This document shows, one piece after another, positions 11,128 through 21,386 of a stretch of 64,000 nt of DNA (position 1 is its first letter; every line of letters begins with the position of its first letter). Source of the stretch: Bacteroidales bacterium (GTDB lineage Bacteria; Bacteroidota; Bacteroidia; Bacteroidales; UBA10428). The DNA lies in contig JBNKCO010000018.1 in assembly GCA_050287785.1 (NCBI GenBank), positions 73,149 through 137,148 on the forward strand, in the 5' to 3' direction. Below the pieces are notes generated by a model. It did no database searches. It saw nothing but the letters and a program-made list of their open reading frames with translations, and was not told the DNA's origin. The translations under genes and the position numbers were made by a program.

Positions 11128-14100
11128 ATGAATATTATGAGACGAACAATTACCTTTTTGTTGATTACTGGAATAATTTCCTTCAACAATGTAATACAAG
11201 CCCAAACCGATCCGGGTACGGCGAATTTGGTTCACCAATGGACCTTCGACGACGGCACTGCCAACGATGGTATAGCTACCGATCCTGTGAACGGCACCTT
11301 GGAAGGAGGGGCTACTATTGTTAACTATGCACTAAAACTTAATAGCCAAGGAGATTATGTATCTTTCTCGGGACCAGACATGGCAATAAATACTTATGCT
11401 ACTGTTACACAAGAAATATGGTACACTTCAGTGGCTGGAGCAAATTCCGGTTATACTATGTTATCCTATTTCGGAAAATCCAATGGATATAATTATATTT
11501 CTACTTCAACGGCCAGAGGCGATGATATAAGCTATACAGCAATTACCGATGGCACATACAATAGTGAGGTTGGTGCTGCAGGCCCCGAATACGATGATGG
11601 ATTATTGCACCACATGGTATCGATAGTTAGTACCGATTCGGTAATTCTTTACCTCGATGGTGAATTGATCGCGAAAACAAAGCACAGCATCCCTTTTTCA
11701 AGTGTTAATAATGCATTGGCTTTTTTAGGAAAAAGTGGTTATACTGCCGACCCTACCTGGATTGGTACTATATCGATGTTTAGTATTTACAACAAAAAGT
11801 TAAATGCCGATGAAGTGAAGTACTTGTTTGAGTTAGGGCCTGAACAAGCACCGATAATTTTTACATCTGCAACCGCAATTAACTTCGACGACATTATTAC
11901 AACCTCCTCTTTTACGGTATCAGGTTTAAATTTAAGCGATCCAATTACCATAACAGCTCCTCCAGGACTAACTATTTCAGAAACCGAATTAGCTGCAGAT
12001 ACTACAAATGCAATTATAAATGTAACTTACGATGGTGTTACAGCCGTGGATAGTGCAATAATTCTGGTGAGTGGCGGTGTGGAAGTGGAACTACCGGTAA
12101 AATCGGTAACAAACGACTGTTATTCACCATTATATGCTGATTTAACCAATTTAAACGACGATCCTTACGTTAGTTCCCTCAATAATTTTGATGGTTGGGG
12201 AGTGCGTAGCATCAATACAAATCCAGATTTTGTGTATTGTGGTGCTTCTAGTGGGAACGTTTCTGATGGGTCGCTAGATATACCTCTTACCGGCTTATTA
12301 TTACCAAGCACTCAGTACCGGGTAAAAGCAAAAGTGTATGCTGTTGGAGGATCATTCCAGGTTGGTGTATTAGGATGGTCATCGGGTAGTGGCGATTATA
12401 TCCACTTGATTAAAACAACCGATTCATGGCAAGATGTTGATTTTATATTCACCACCGGATCTAGTTTAGGGGCACCACCGCATCGAGTATTTTTTAATAG
12501 CGTAGGTCTTACCGGAAAATCTGGTTATATCGATAATTGGGAGGTTTTTGCAGTACCTAATATATATACTTCTGCTTCTTCTTTAAACTTTATTACACCT
12601 TCATTGGAAACAGTAACCATAAGAGGCGTTAATTTAACAGACGATATTACCCTTACTGCTCCATCTGGTTTTACCTTATCATCAACCACTTTAACACCCA
12701 ATGCAAACGGAGAAGAAATTACCGTAACTTATGAAGGAGCATCAACAACAGATGGTTATATTTATTTAACCAGCGGATCGATAACCGATAGTCTGTACGT
12801 GAGCGGATCTATTGACCCAACATTCATTACCTCTGTTGATAGATTAGTTGTCGACGAAATTTCTGATAGTAACAGTTTCATGGTGTCTGGTTATAATTTA
12901 ACCAGTAACGTAACTCTTACAGCACCCGATGGCATTACCCTTTCTGAATATAACTTACCGTCAACGGTAATGGATAAAATTATAACGGTAAAATACGACG
13001 GAGTAGCTAATTCATCCGGGGTAATTAAATTAACCAGTGGAACCTATACTTTCGATCTGAATCTTCAGGCTCAACTGAATGAAGATTGTTTTACACTGTT
13101 GTACACCGACCGGGAAAACCTTATCACAGATCCCACCTGTAATTCATTCACTGCTGAAGGAGAAGGAACTAGAATGATTAATTCTGATCCGGCCTTTGTT
13201 TATTGTGGTGCCCGGAGCGCACAAGTTGTAACTTCTGGTTCGATCGAAAGGAACTTAACAGGTGTGCTTAAACCTAATACATCCTATCGTATGCGTGCTA
13301 AACTTTATAAGAAGAGCCCGGCACAGGATGGAAATATGGGGCATATTACCTATACACTAGCTTTAGATAGCGCAGCAAATCCAACGAATTATAATCTTAT
13401 AAAAACCGCCATGGACAGTGCGTGTTACTATTACAACAAATACACTCCTTTTATTAATAATATCTATGTGTATTATAATGCTGGAATTCCAACAGCACAG
13501 GCTGGTTATCTTAGTAGCATTGGCTTTGGACCTAATACAAGGTATATGTGGGTTGGTACTGCCATGCACGAAATGGCTCATTACTTTGGTTCTGGAACTA
13601 CCTCCGATTGGCAAGAAAAAATGGTTGGTGGGAAATGGACCGGAAGTGTAGCTAATGAATTGATAAAAGAAATTACAAATGGATCCACTGAGACTGTTTC
13701 TGGAGATAATAATTCCAGTCCGGTACATTATTGGCCATATGGTATCAACCAGAAAGAAGAAATAACCAATCTAGGATCAGAAGCTACTCAGGTAAAAGCG
13801 TTGTCTGATATGGCAAGATTGGTAAAAGCTATGTTGGTTGACGATACTGGTTTACCTACCAATAATCCTGCAGTTGGTTTGGGTGTTTTTGGTTGGGACG
13901 ATTCTAACAATGATATTTATAAAGAAGTGTATATTTCGAACTCGTGGCAAGATATAGATATTACATTTACCACTGGTGCAAATCTGGATACAAAACAAGG
14001 CGTCTTTTTTAACGGAGGTACTGGGTATATTGATAACTGGGAGTTGTATGACCTTTCTGAGATCACAGGCATCAATAATACAGTAACCAATATTGCTTCC

Positions 14101-14316
14101 ATAGAGGTTTATCCAACAATTACAGCCGGAGATGTAACCATCAATTTTAAAGATGAACCAGGTACATTTCAAGTATATTCTATAACTGGTATAAAACTCA
14201 TGGAACAAACTACAGCTGTTTATAGACAGGGAATTTATCTTCAGTCAAAAGGAATTTATTTGATTAAATTGAAGACTCATAACAACGAAAAGTTGGTGAA
14301 AATAGTTGTTCAATAA
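11128..14316 (+). CDS. secreted LamG / repeated Ig-like + beta-sandwich protein with embedded HExxH module and T9SS C-terminal domain
   Basis: 1062 aa; signal peptide; LamG_3-like N-domain (LVHQWTFDDGTANDG..LLHHMV..SIYNKKLNADEV); three Ig-like repeats (SGLNLSDPITITAPPGLT / RGVNLTDDITLTAPSGFT / SGYNLTSNVTLTAPDGIT); two paralogous jelly-roll-like domains ending GYIDNWE[VL]; HEMAH at 13567-13581; tail VYPTITAGDVTINF..KIVVQ. Confidence 0.85.
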   Translation: MNIMRRTITFLLITGIISFNNVIQAQTDPGTANLVHQWTFDDGTANDGIATDPVNGTLEGGATIVNYALKLNSQGDYVSFSGPDMAINTYATVTQEIWYTSVAGANSGYTMLSYFGKSNGYNYISTSTARGDDISYTAITDGTYNSEVGAAGPEYDDGLLHHMVSIVSTDSVILYLDGELIAKTKHSIPFSSVNNALAFLGKSGYTADPTWIGTISMFSIYNKKLNADEVKYLFELGPEQAPIIFTSATAINFDDIITTSSFTVSGLNLSDPITITAPPGLTISETELAADTTNAIINVTYDGVTAVDSAIILVSGGVEVELPVKSVTNDCYSPLYADLTNLNDDPYVSSLNNFDGWGVRSINTNPDFVYCGASSGNVSDGSLDIPLTGLLLPSTQYRVKAKVYAVGGSFQVGVLGWSSGSGDYIHLIKTTDSWQDVDFIFTTGSSLGAPPHRVFFNSVGLTGKSGYIDNWEVFAVPNIYTSASSLNFITPSLETVTIRGVNLTDDITLTAPSGFTLSSTTLTPNANGEEITVTYEGASTTDGYIYLTSGSITDSLYVSGSIDPTFITSVDRLVVDEISDSNSFMVSGYNLTSNVTLTAPDGITLSEYNLPSTVMDKIITVKYDGVANSSGVIKLTSGTYTFDLNLQAQLNEDCFTLLYTDRENLITDPTCNSFTAEGEGTRMINSDPAFVYCGARSAQVVTSGSIERNLTGVLKPNTSYRMRAKLYKKSPAQDGNMGHITYTLALDSAANPTNYNLIKTAMDSACYYYNKYTPFINNIYVYYNAGIPTAQAGYLSSIGFGPNTRYMWVGTAMHEMAHYFGSGTTSDWQEKMVGGKWTGSVANELIKEITNGSTETVSGDNNSSPVHYWPYGINQKEEITNLGSEATQVKALSDMARLVKAMLVDDTGLPTNNPAVGLGVFGWDDSNNDIYKEVYISNSWQDIDITFTTGANLDTKQGVFFNGGTGYIDNWELYDLSEITGINNTVTNIASIEVYPTITAGDVTINFKDEPGTFQVYSITGIKLMEQTTAVYRQGIYLQSKGIYLIKLKTHNNEKLVKIVVQ

Positions 14317-14354
14317 TTTATAGAAGAACAAGTTTTTTGTTTTTCTACTTTAGT

Positions 14355-14417
14355 ATAAAACAAAAAAAACCCGCAAGTAAAGTACTTGCGGGTTTTTATT
14401 TTTTCAAAAATTTTGGC
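14355..14417. repeat. left copy of 63/64-nt imperfect direct repeat (candidate att site)
   Basis: Aligns end to end with 35963-36026 (identical hairpin core, few mismatches, one 1-nt indel); ends in ttttggc then diverges. Confidence 0.8.
14362..14404 (+). terminator. rho-independent terminator after the 1062-aa gene (bidirectional shape)
   Basis: A-tract, 10-bp stem cccgcaagta / tacttgcggg (14370-14379 / 14383-14392), 3-nt loop, T-tract. Confidence 0.8.
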
Positions 14418-14437
14418 AAATAATTAACATAAGGATA

Positions 14438-14468
14438 AACCACACTTAAACCACACTTAAACCACTCT
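14438..14468. repeat. tandem 11-mer aaccacactta x2 plus partial third unit
   Basis: aaccacactta aaccacactta aaccactct read directly, 20 nt inside the left direct repeat. Confidence 0.7.
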
Positions 14469-14833
14469 CAAACAATCAATTATATTAAGTTAGAAATTTT
14501 CATCATTCCAACTGATTCAATAATTAATTCATTGATTTTGTTATTAACAATGAATTGAGTTCCAAAATAACAGGAATAACTGAGGATGAAGAACTCCAAA
14601 TCACCATTAATTACGAAACTGCATACAGCAAAACTATTCTCGAAATGATTGAATATAAGGAATCCCTTTATCAAGAAGATGATTAGGTACAGACAAAATT
14701 GCGTGCATCGGACTACTCTCTCTGTCCAGTGTACGTCTAAATATTTAAAATAAGCCTACATAAATACTATCAAAACAAAAGCGCCAATATTATTTCTCCA
14801 TTTGTGCAATTCGCTAATTACAATAAACACTTA

Positions 14834-16171
14834 TCACTCGATAAATTCCCCTAAATAATATAGTCTCAAAAGATCCTTTTTGAGAAGAGTTTCATATCTC
14901 AAAAGTATATGCGCATTTTCGATTTCATTGAATTGTTTTTTATAAGACAAAACGGTAAATATATTGTCTTTTCCATTTGAATATAATTGCATCCGATTAC
15001 TCAGAATTGTTCTAATACTTAATAACTCTTGCTCTGCTAATGTGAGCTGTTCATTTGTATACTTTGCTTCAAAAAACTGATTCTTTAGTGAGTTTATAAT
15101 AATCATGTATTCTGATTCGATAGTATTTTCATGTTTTCGAATATCGTTTTCACTCAATAAAATCTGTGTTTTTATTTCCCTATTATTAAAAATTGGAATT
15201 GTTAATCGCAAACCAGCAAAACCAGAATAGGAATTCTGAAGAAACGACTCCCAATTACCTCCCTCTGCCCAAGGCTGAAAGCTTGAGTATCCGACTGTCA
15301 AGGAATAGTCAAGACTCAAAGTAGGTAAATTTTTGGCTCGAATAATTTGATGATTCCCTTTCAGATAAGATTGATGCAAATTTAAAATTTTGAGATATGG
15401 ATTATTCTCAACTGATACCTTTTCGAAAATATTATAGTTTTTTAATATGGTATCTGACTCTGTTTTAATACTCTCATAAAAAGTATAATCAAGGTCTAAA
15501 CTATCTTTTGTTTGAAGTGTGTTATTCAGTTTAATAATAGCTAGATCGTAATTTTTCTGCGCAATAAGGAGACTTTTTCTTTCTTGGATTAGTTGTAGTT
15601 TTGATTCTTCGACATCATTCTGCATGATTTTACCTAACTCAAACAATTTTTCTGTATAAGTTAATATACTATCAGCTATATCAAGTTGCTTTCTATTCGC
15701 TACTAATTGTTCATGGCTAAACAAAACTGTAAAGAAGCTTTCAATCACCTTACCTGTGATATCAAACATTGAATACTCTGCTTCAGATAATTCTCTATTC
15801 AAAGATATATTCGCAAGCTTTACTTTCTTCCAGTTATTAAACCAATTGAAAAGCATCGTGTTTCCGTTCAAGGAAAATGTACTGGAATAATTCTCCAAAA
15901 CCGGGGAATGTATTTCATTATGATTAATATTATGTGTAAAGGATGCATTTATTGAAGGAATAAATCCTAATTCAGCATTGCTAACACTATATTCCGCATT
16001 TTGAATTTCAACATCGGCATTTTTCAACTCTACCCTATTTTCTAATGCAATATCGATGCAATCAGATAGTTTAAGTTTTTGCTGTCCCAGCAATATTGGC
16101 TTTATAAGAAAGCTAAGGAGTATACTAATAATTGCGATAGTATGTGCCCTGGGTTTGGTATTTATTTGCAT
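14834..16171 (-). CDS. TolC-like outer-membrane efflux protein (OEP family)
   Basis: 445 aa; signal sequence; two coiled-coil/beta repeat halves typical of outer-membrane factors; 6 nt downstream of the C39 ABC exporter. Confidence 0.8.
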   Translation of the reverse strand: MQINTKPRAHTIAIISILLSFLIKPILLGQQKLKLSDCIDIALENRVELKNADVEIQNAEYSVSNAELGFIPSINASFTHNINHNEIHSPVLENYSSTFSLNGNTMLFNWFNNWKKVKLANISLNRELSEAEYSMFDITGKVIESFFTVLFSHEQLVANRKQLDIADSILTYTEKLFELGKIMQNDVEESKLQLIQERKSLLIAQKNYDLAIIKLNNTLQTKDSLDLDYTFYESIKTESDTILKNYNIFEKVSVENNPYLKILNLHQSYLKGNHQIIRAKNLPTLSLDYSLTVGYSSFQPWAEGGNWESFLQNSYSGFAGLRLTIPIFNNREIKTQILLSENDIRKHENTIESEYMIIINSLKNQFFEAKYTNEQLTLAEQELLSIRTILSNRMQLYSNGKDNIFTVLSYKKQFNEIENAHILLRYETLLKKDLLRLYYLGEFIE

Positions 16172-16177
16172 ATGATA

Positions 16178-18367
16178 TTAGTTTTTTGAGAGTTCTTCTT
16201 TAAAATGTATCTCATTATACATCTGGCTGTAAAGATTATCTGTTTTCATCAAGGTTTCTTTAGCACCTGAAATTTCAATAGTATTATTCTGAAGGATGTA
16301 GATTTTATCTGCTTTGTTTGCAATTTTCAGTTGATGGGTAACCAAAATTATCCCACATTTTTCTCTAAACTTGTTTAACACAGACAATGCAAAATTCTCT
16401 GTATTCCTATCCATTGCAGAAGTAGGTTCGTCGAGCAATAACAATGATGGCTTTTTAGTTAGAGCTCTACATAAACTAATCAATTGTTTTTGCCCGCCAG
16501 AAATATTAATTCCTTCTTCACCCAACATTGTGGAATAACTTTGAGGAAACAAAGAGAAATATTTATCAAATTCATGCTTTTGACAAAATTCAATGCACCT
16601 ATTTACTTCATTTTCATCTCCGCCCATGCATAAATTATCCATTAATGTTCCATTGAATATGGAAGCCTCCTGGGGTACTACACCTAGAATGTGGCGGTAA
16701 TCTGGTGGAAATACATTGTCTAGGTTACTGTTATTTAAAAATGTTTTACCACTTTCTGGTTTATAGAACCCTTGCAATATATTTAGCAATGTAGTTTTTC
16801 CGCCTCCACTCTCACCTAGAATAGCAACAACTTCACCTTTACTCAGAGATAAGTTTATATTTGATAGTATTTGTTTCCTTCCCGGAAAACGATAACTAAC
16901 GTTTTCTAATTCAAGGCTTTTGAAGGATATATCAATTGTAGTTCGTTCTTCCTGAATATTATATTCCGGATTAATAGTTGCAAATTCATACATTCTGTTG
17001 AAAGCTACTTTTGCTCCTTGTAGAGTAATATTTGCAAAGGCCAAAGAAGCTATTGCTGGAAATAAAGAGCCTGTTATACCTAAAACAGCCATTAGTGTTC
17101 CTGTTGACATACTAGTAGACACAACTAACCATGAACCTAGGCCCAAGACACCAATTGTTATAATTACCCCAACTATATCAGCAAGAGCCTGAATGCTTAT
17201 GCCTAGTTTACCTAGGTGAAATATTTTATCCTGAAAATGGCCGTAAATTAGCTGATTAATATTTGTAAAAATATTCTCTTTGTTTTGTGTTTTGATTGAA
17301 CTAACACATTCCATTGTATTAATATAATTGCTTGTTTTATGGGAGTTTGCTGACATTACTTCTTGTTGGGCATTTACAATATTCTTATGGTATTTAAATG
17401 ATATAAATGCAAATATTGGTAAGCTTGAAATTACAATAGTCCCAATAATTCCGGAATAAACGAATAATACAACCAAACCTACTACTACTAAAAGAAAATT
17501 CATCAGCAATTCCATAACAACCTGAGTAATTGCAATCTGTATTCTGGAGGTATCGTCCATACGTGCAACAAGTTCTCCTACTCTTCTGTTATCAAAAAAT
17601 GATTTAGGTAGGAATAAAAGGCTGCTATAAAAACTGCCAATTAACCTGATATTAAAACCTTTACTTTGAGTAATTCCAAAGAATCCGGTAAGGTACGATA
17701 AACCACTGCGGGCGATTAGAAGTGTTAATAGTAATATTGTACCAAGAATAATTTTTTCGTAATCTTTTTCTGGTAGAATAACATCAATTAACTTTTGGGA
17801 ATAAATAGCCATGCCAAGACCAAGAGCAGATACCATAAGGCTTAAAATGAATATGATACCAAGCAAACTTTTATCCTCTTCTATTATTTGCTTAAACCAT
17901 TTTATTTTATTCTTTTTTTCTTTTTGAACTTTCTCGAAACTACTATTGGGTGTTAATTTTAAAAGAGCTTTTGAGCGCCAGATAGCTTCTAATTCCTGCT
18001 CTGTATATTTAACAATGCCCTTTGCCGGATCTCCAATAATAAATTTCCCTGAATTAAAACGATAGCAAACAACATAATGCTGCATACTGTTATCTAAGAT
18101 AACGTGAAGAATAACAGGCGTTTCATTTTTTTTCAACCATTCAATTCCTACCTCAAGCCCTTCTGCATTAAAACCACATTTTTGCGAACTCTGATATAAA
18201 CCTAAAATAGTTGTGCCTTGTTTAGAAGTACCGCTTAACTCTCTGAGTTGTTCAAGACTTTTTCTGCCACCGTTATAATTAATAACCGATAACAAACAAG
18301 CTACTCCACAGTCTGACTGATCTTGTTGAACAACAAATGTTTTAGATAGACTTTTCTTTTCTTTCAT
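16178..18367 (-). CDS. peptidase C39-containing ABC transporter (PCAT, bacteriocin processing/export)
   Basis: 729 aa; N-terminal C39 domain (QQDQSDCGVACLLSVINYNGG, later HYVVCY); 6-TM domain; Walker A GESGGGKTT, signature ISGGQKQ, Walker B LLLLDEPTS. Confidence 0.9.
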   Translation of the reverse strand: MKEKKSLSKTFVVQQDQSDCGVACLLSVINYNGGRKSLEQLRELSGTSKQGTTILGLYQSSQKCGFNAEGLEVGIEWLKKNETPVILHVILDNSMQHYVVCYRFNSGKFIIGDPAKGIVKYTEQELEAIWRSKALLKLTPNSSFEKVQKEKKNKIKWFKQIIEEDKSLLGIIFILSLMVSALGLGMAIYSQKLIDVILPEKDYEKIILGTILLLTLLIARSGLSYLTGFFGITQSKGFNIRLIGSFYSSLLFLPKSFFDNRRVGELVARMDDTSRIQIAITQVVMELLMNFLLVVVGLVVLFVYSGIIGTIVISSLPIFAFISFKYHKNIVNAQQEVMSANSHKTSNYINTMECVSSIKTQNKENIFTNINQLIYGHFQDKIFHLGKLGISIQALADIVGVIITIGVLGLGSWLVVSTSMSTGTLMAVLGITGSLFPAIASLAFANITLQGAKVAFNRMYEFATINPEYNIQEERTTIDISFKSLELENVSYRFPGRKQILSNINLSLSKGEVVAILGESGGGKTTLLNILQGFYKPESGKTFLNNSNLDNVFPPDYRHILGVVPQEASIFNGTLMDNLCMGGDENEVNRCIEFCQKHEFDKYFSLFPQSYSTMLGEEGINISGGQKQLISLCRALTKKPSLLLLDEPTSAMDRNTENFALSVLNKFREKCGIILVTHQLKIANKADKIYILQNNTIEISGAKETLMKTDNLYSQMYNEIHFKEELSKN

Positions 18368-18742
18368 TTTGGACTAGTCTTTTAAAATAAAAACTTCGGT
18401 GCTTTTTTATATGTGATAGATTGTGATTGTATTGGTAAAATATTAAATATCGCAAAAACAAAATCCGCATTCATCACTACTCTTATACAGTCTTTAAAAA
18501 CTAGCCTTTTCCCCATTAGAAGACAACCAATATAGAGGCAACAGGTAGCGAAAATTGATTTCACAAAAAGAATCAGAATATTACTAATGTAACCTAGCCA
18601 TCCAGAAAGTTAAAATGGCATGTGAACTAGATATCACTCCATACCTCAATAAGGGTTTAGTGAAAATTAAGGCATAAGTATTCCGATTCTGAAAAGATCA
18701 ATGGGATTCTTCAAAACAATAATTACTATGTTTGCAATTAAT

Positions 18743-19246
18743 TTAACTTAACAATGAAGCTATTTTTAAATCAATCATTTTTCTTAAATACGAATGATAG
18801 AATGTTCCCCATAAAGGTTTATCTTGAAAGTACGTTATATCATTTTTATCGGTTTCAATAACAACTGGAATTTCAAAAGCGGCCCAATGTTTATTTGAAA
18901 GCTTTGAGCAAAACTGTTTTGCGTCTTCATTAGCTGTGTTTCCAATTAAAACAGCAATTGAAACAACTCCTGAATGCAAACCTCTGGGTAAGCCTTTCTT
19001 ATTTTTTAAAGCATATTTATAAACACTTTGAGAATAATGTTCAATTTCTTCAGGTGAAATAATTGCATTTTTAGAAATCCCAACACTAATAAATATATTT
19101 AGTTGAGTGGCGAACCAAACTAACTTAAACTTATTAAATTGTGCTATAATGCTTTCTGCATTGTAGTCAAATTTATATTTGGAATGGAAAATATTACTGC
19201 CTATAGATTCCATTTCAAAGCGTTTTAATAATTCTGTTTTACTCAT
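18743..19246 (-). CDS. hypothetical protein (167 aa), unknown function
   Basis: Long ORF co-directional with the bacteriocin run; no motif recognised. Confidence 0.55.
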   Translation of the reverse strand: MSKTELLKRFEMESIGSNIFHSKYKFDYNAESIIAQFNKFKLVWFATQLNIFISVGISKNAIISPEEIEHYSQSVYKYALKNKKGLPRGLHSGVVSIAVLIGNTANEDAKQFCSKLSNKHWAAFEIPVVIETDKNDITYFQDKPLWGTFYHSYLRKMIDLKIASLLS

Positions 19247-19846
19247 AATTCCACTTTTTTCTTAAATATTGTACTGTGTCTTAAGCTCTATATTATTCAA
19301 GCTCTTTTGTAAACTAAAATTATAGAGGCTTAATTGTTGATAGCAAGCAGGATACTCCATAGTCAGATTGGTCTTTCTGCCTTATAAAAGGATTGTTTTG
19401 ATTCATTTTCGAGAAAGATTGGAAATAAGTATCCTAAAATATAACACAGAACAATAAGATGTATAACTTACATTGAGTTAGGTTTTTACTGATATTTTGC
19501 CTTTAAGTAGGTCAGTTATCCGAGATCTCTATAATTTCAGGGAAACACACACTATCAAGTGGAGATGATCAATTTTTATATTCATTTCTATTATTTGACA
19601 ATGTATCCACTCCAATTAGGGCTATCCATGGAAAATAAATCCTTTAAGAGTTTTTTTATTACTCAAGATCTAATATTTATGTGTTTAAACTATATAAAGA
19701 GAAAACCGATAAATGACATGACTTAATTTCTTAAAATTGCTCATTTTTCAAGATAACATATTAAGGTTTTGCCTACTAAACATTACCACCACCAGAGGAC
19801 ATGGTTTTAACGACTATAATAAATTAAGATAGATTGTCGTCATTAT

Positions 19847-20053
19847 TTAGTGAAGCTTATCAACTAACTTTTTTTCCTTGATGCCCTCAACTATTAAAGT
19901 CAATCCAGCTAGGAGAAATGCAGTCCACCCAATCCAATCAATAATCCTAATATCAAGTTCGTTAACAAATCTATCTATCACATAAATAATAAGGATAGCA
20001 AATAGTACTATCCCAAAATAAATTTTTGTGTTTGGTTTTAATATTCTTTTCAT
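19847..20053 (-). CDS. small two-TM membrane protein (candidate immunity/accessory)
   Basis: 68 aa with two hydrophobic helices (IYFGIVLFAILIIYVI; WTAFLLAGLTLIV). Confidence 0.5.
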   Translation of the reverse strand: MKRILKPNTKIYFGIVLFAILIIYVIDRFVNELDIRIIDWIGWTAFLLAGLTLIVEGIKEKKLVDKLH

Positions 20054-20121
20054 AACAATAGGTTTATATAGTTAAAAATAATACTTTTCTTATCAAAATA
20101 CTCGTCGGTATTATACCAAGA

Positions 20122-20649
20122 TTACAAACATGTGTTTTGTTTCGTTAAACTTTCTATTATCTGGTCGTTAAGCTTGAATTCGTACTTATTGACCAACTGT
20201 CCTTTATAGAAAATGTATGTACTGGGAGTATGTCTTATTTTAAAATAAGTATTACCCACCTCTTCTACTGAATAAGATAATATCTTTAATTGTTTATCAA
20301 CAAAGGGGAAGTCTTCTTTGAATTCAATAAGTTTTTGTAAATCTTGTTCAGAAACAAGTAAAATCTGAAATTTATCCAATAATTTATTACTAGAAGATAT
20401 TAATTGAATTTCATCCCAACACAGATAACAGTCAGTATTAAAGAAAACTATCATAAGGTTTTCTCTGTTTATAGAATCAGAATTATACTCTTCACCCGAA
20501 AGGTTCATAAATGAAAACTTAGGTAGATTAGCTATTCCTTTTAAATCCTCGCGTTTTTTCAAAACTATATTCGCAACAAAAAAAAGCAGAATACAAATGA
20601 TAATAAAATAGGACGTATTTATAATTGTACGAGATTTACCAGAAATCAT
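20122..20649 (-). CDS. membrane-anchored thioredoxin-fold thiol-disulfide oxidoreductase (TlpA/redoxin-like)
   Basis: 175 aa; N-terminal TM anchor (YFIIICILLFFVANIV); redox motif FFNTDCYLCWDE (CxxC); 4 nt from the upstream gene. Confidence 0.75.
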   Translation of the reverse strand: MISGKSRTIINTSYFIIICILLFFVANIVLKKREDLKGIANLPKFSFMNLSGEEYNSDSINRENLMIVFFNTDCYLCWDEIQLISSSNKLLDKFQILLVSEQDLQKLIEFKEDFPFVDKQLKILSYSVEEVGNTYFKIRHTPSTYIFYKGQLVNKYEFKLNDQIIESLTKQNTCL

Positions 20650-20653
20650 AATA

Positions 20654-21295
20654 TCATAAAGTTAGAAATAATAAAGTAATCATTAAAAGGAATAGAATCA
20701 TAAAGGCACCATATCCAAACAATCCTATTTTTAGACTGTCAACAAGTTTAAGGTTTTTGTTTTTCTTATATAGAAACCACGATATTAATAAACCATAAAG
20801 CACCTCAAACACATTTATTTTTGACATTGCAAAATACAACCAATTATAGGTTTCTGCTACATTAGGAAAAACCCCTATTAAAGAAAACAATGTTGTTGGA
20901 TTTATGTCACCTCCATAATTGAGTAATAGAACAATATTCATTATACCAGACACTAACATGATAGACTCTGATAACAAGACTATTCTTATCCCGTCATAAG
21001 TAGTGATGGAAATATTCCTTAGTAACCCTGTTGTACGAATTGCTGTAAGTACAAAGACAATTTTTAAAAGAAAAAAAACAACAACTTCAAGATATATTAA
21101 CCAAGTAAATTTCTGTTGCAAGGAAAACATTTTTTTTATTGCTTCTGTATTAATGTACCCCTCTTTTGAAAAAAGATTAACATAAAAATCATAGTCCATT
21201 ACTTTATTAAGTAGCAAATACGACAGTATCAATTTAATCAAAAGTATTATCAGAAGAATTTGAGCATTACTAATAACAAAGGTGTGTATTTTCAT
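20654..21295 (-). CDS. polytopic membrane protein (about 5-6 TM), candidate bacteriocin immunity
   Basis: 213 aa, hydrophobic helices throughout; first gene downstream of the bacteriocin precursor. Confidence 0.65.
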   Translation of the reverse strand: MKIHTFVISNAQILLIILLIKLILSYLLLNKVMDYDFYVNLFSKEGYINTEAIKKMFSLQQKFTWLIYLEVVVFFLLKIVFVLTAIRTTGLLRNISITTYDGIRIVLLSESIMLVSGIMNIVLLLNYGGDINPTTLFSLIGVFPNVAETYNWLYFAMSKINVFEVLYGLLISWFLYKKNKNLKLVDSLKIGLFGYGAFMILFLLMITLLFLTL

Positions 21296-21337
21296 TTACT
21301 AAAGCTTTTTTAACTCATATTAATGTATCAATGTAAA

Positions 21338-21361
21338 TGCCTGTGCAATATAATACAGGCA
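21338..21361 (-). terminator. weak hairpin between bacteriocin gene and downstream genes (possible attenuating terminator)
   Basis: 7-bp stem tgcctgt / acaggca with 10-nt loop; only a T-poor tail on the minus strand. Confidence 0.3.
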
Positions 21362-21386
21362 CTTACAATAAAGTATATCTAATTAC

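Noticed and set aside
14528-14686. Start-less plus-strand reading frame ..NNELSSKITGITEDEELQITINYETAYSKTILEMIEYKESLYQEDD* just inside the island, and the antisense 64-aa ORF 14480-14674
   Set aside because: It looks protein-like and could be a gene remnant. There is no start codon upstream of codon ~40 and no recognisable family. It does not resemble a recombinase C-terminus, so the evidence is insufficient to call.
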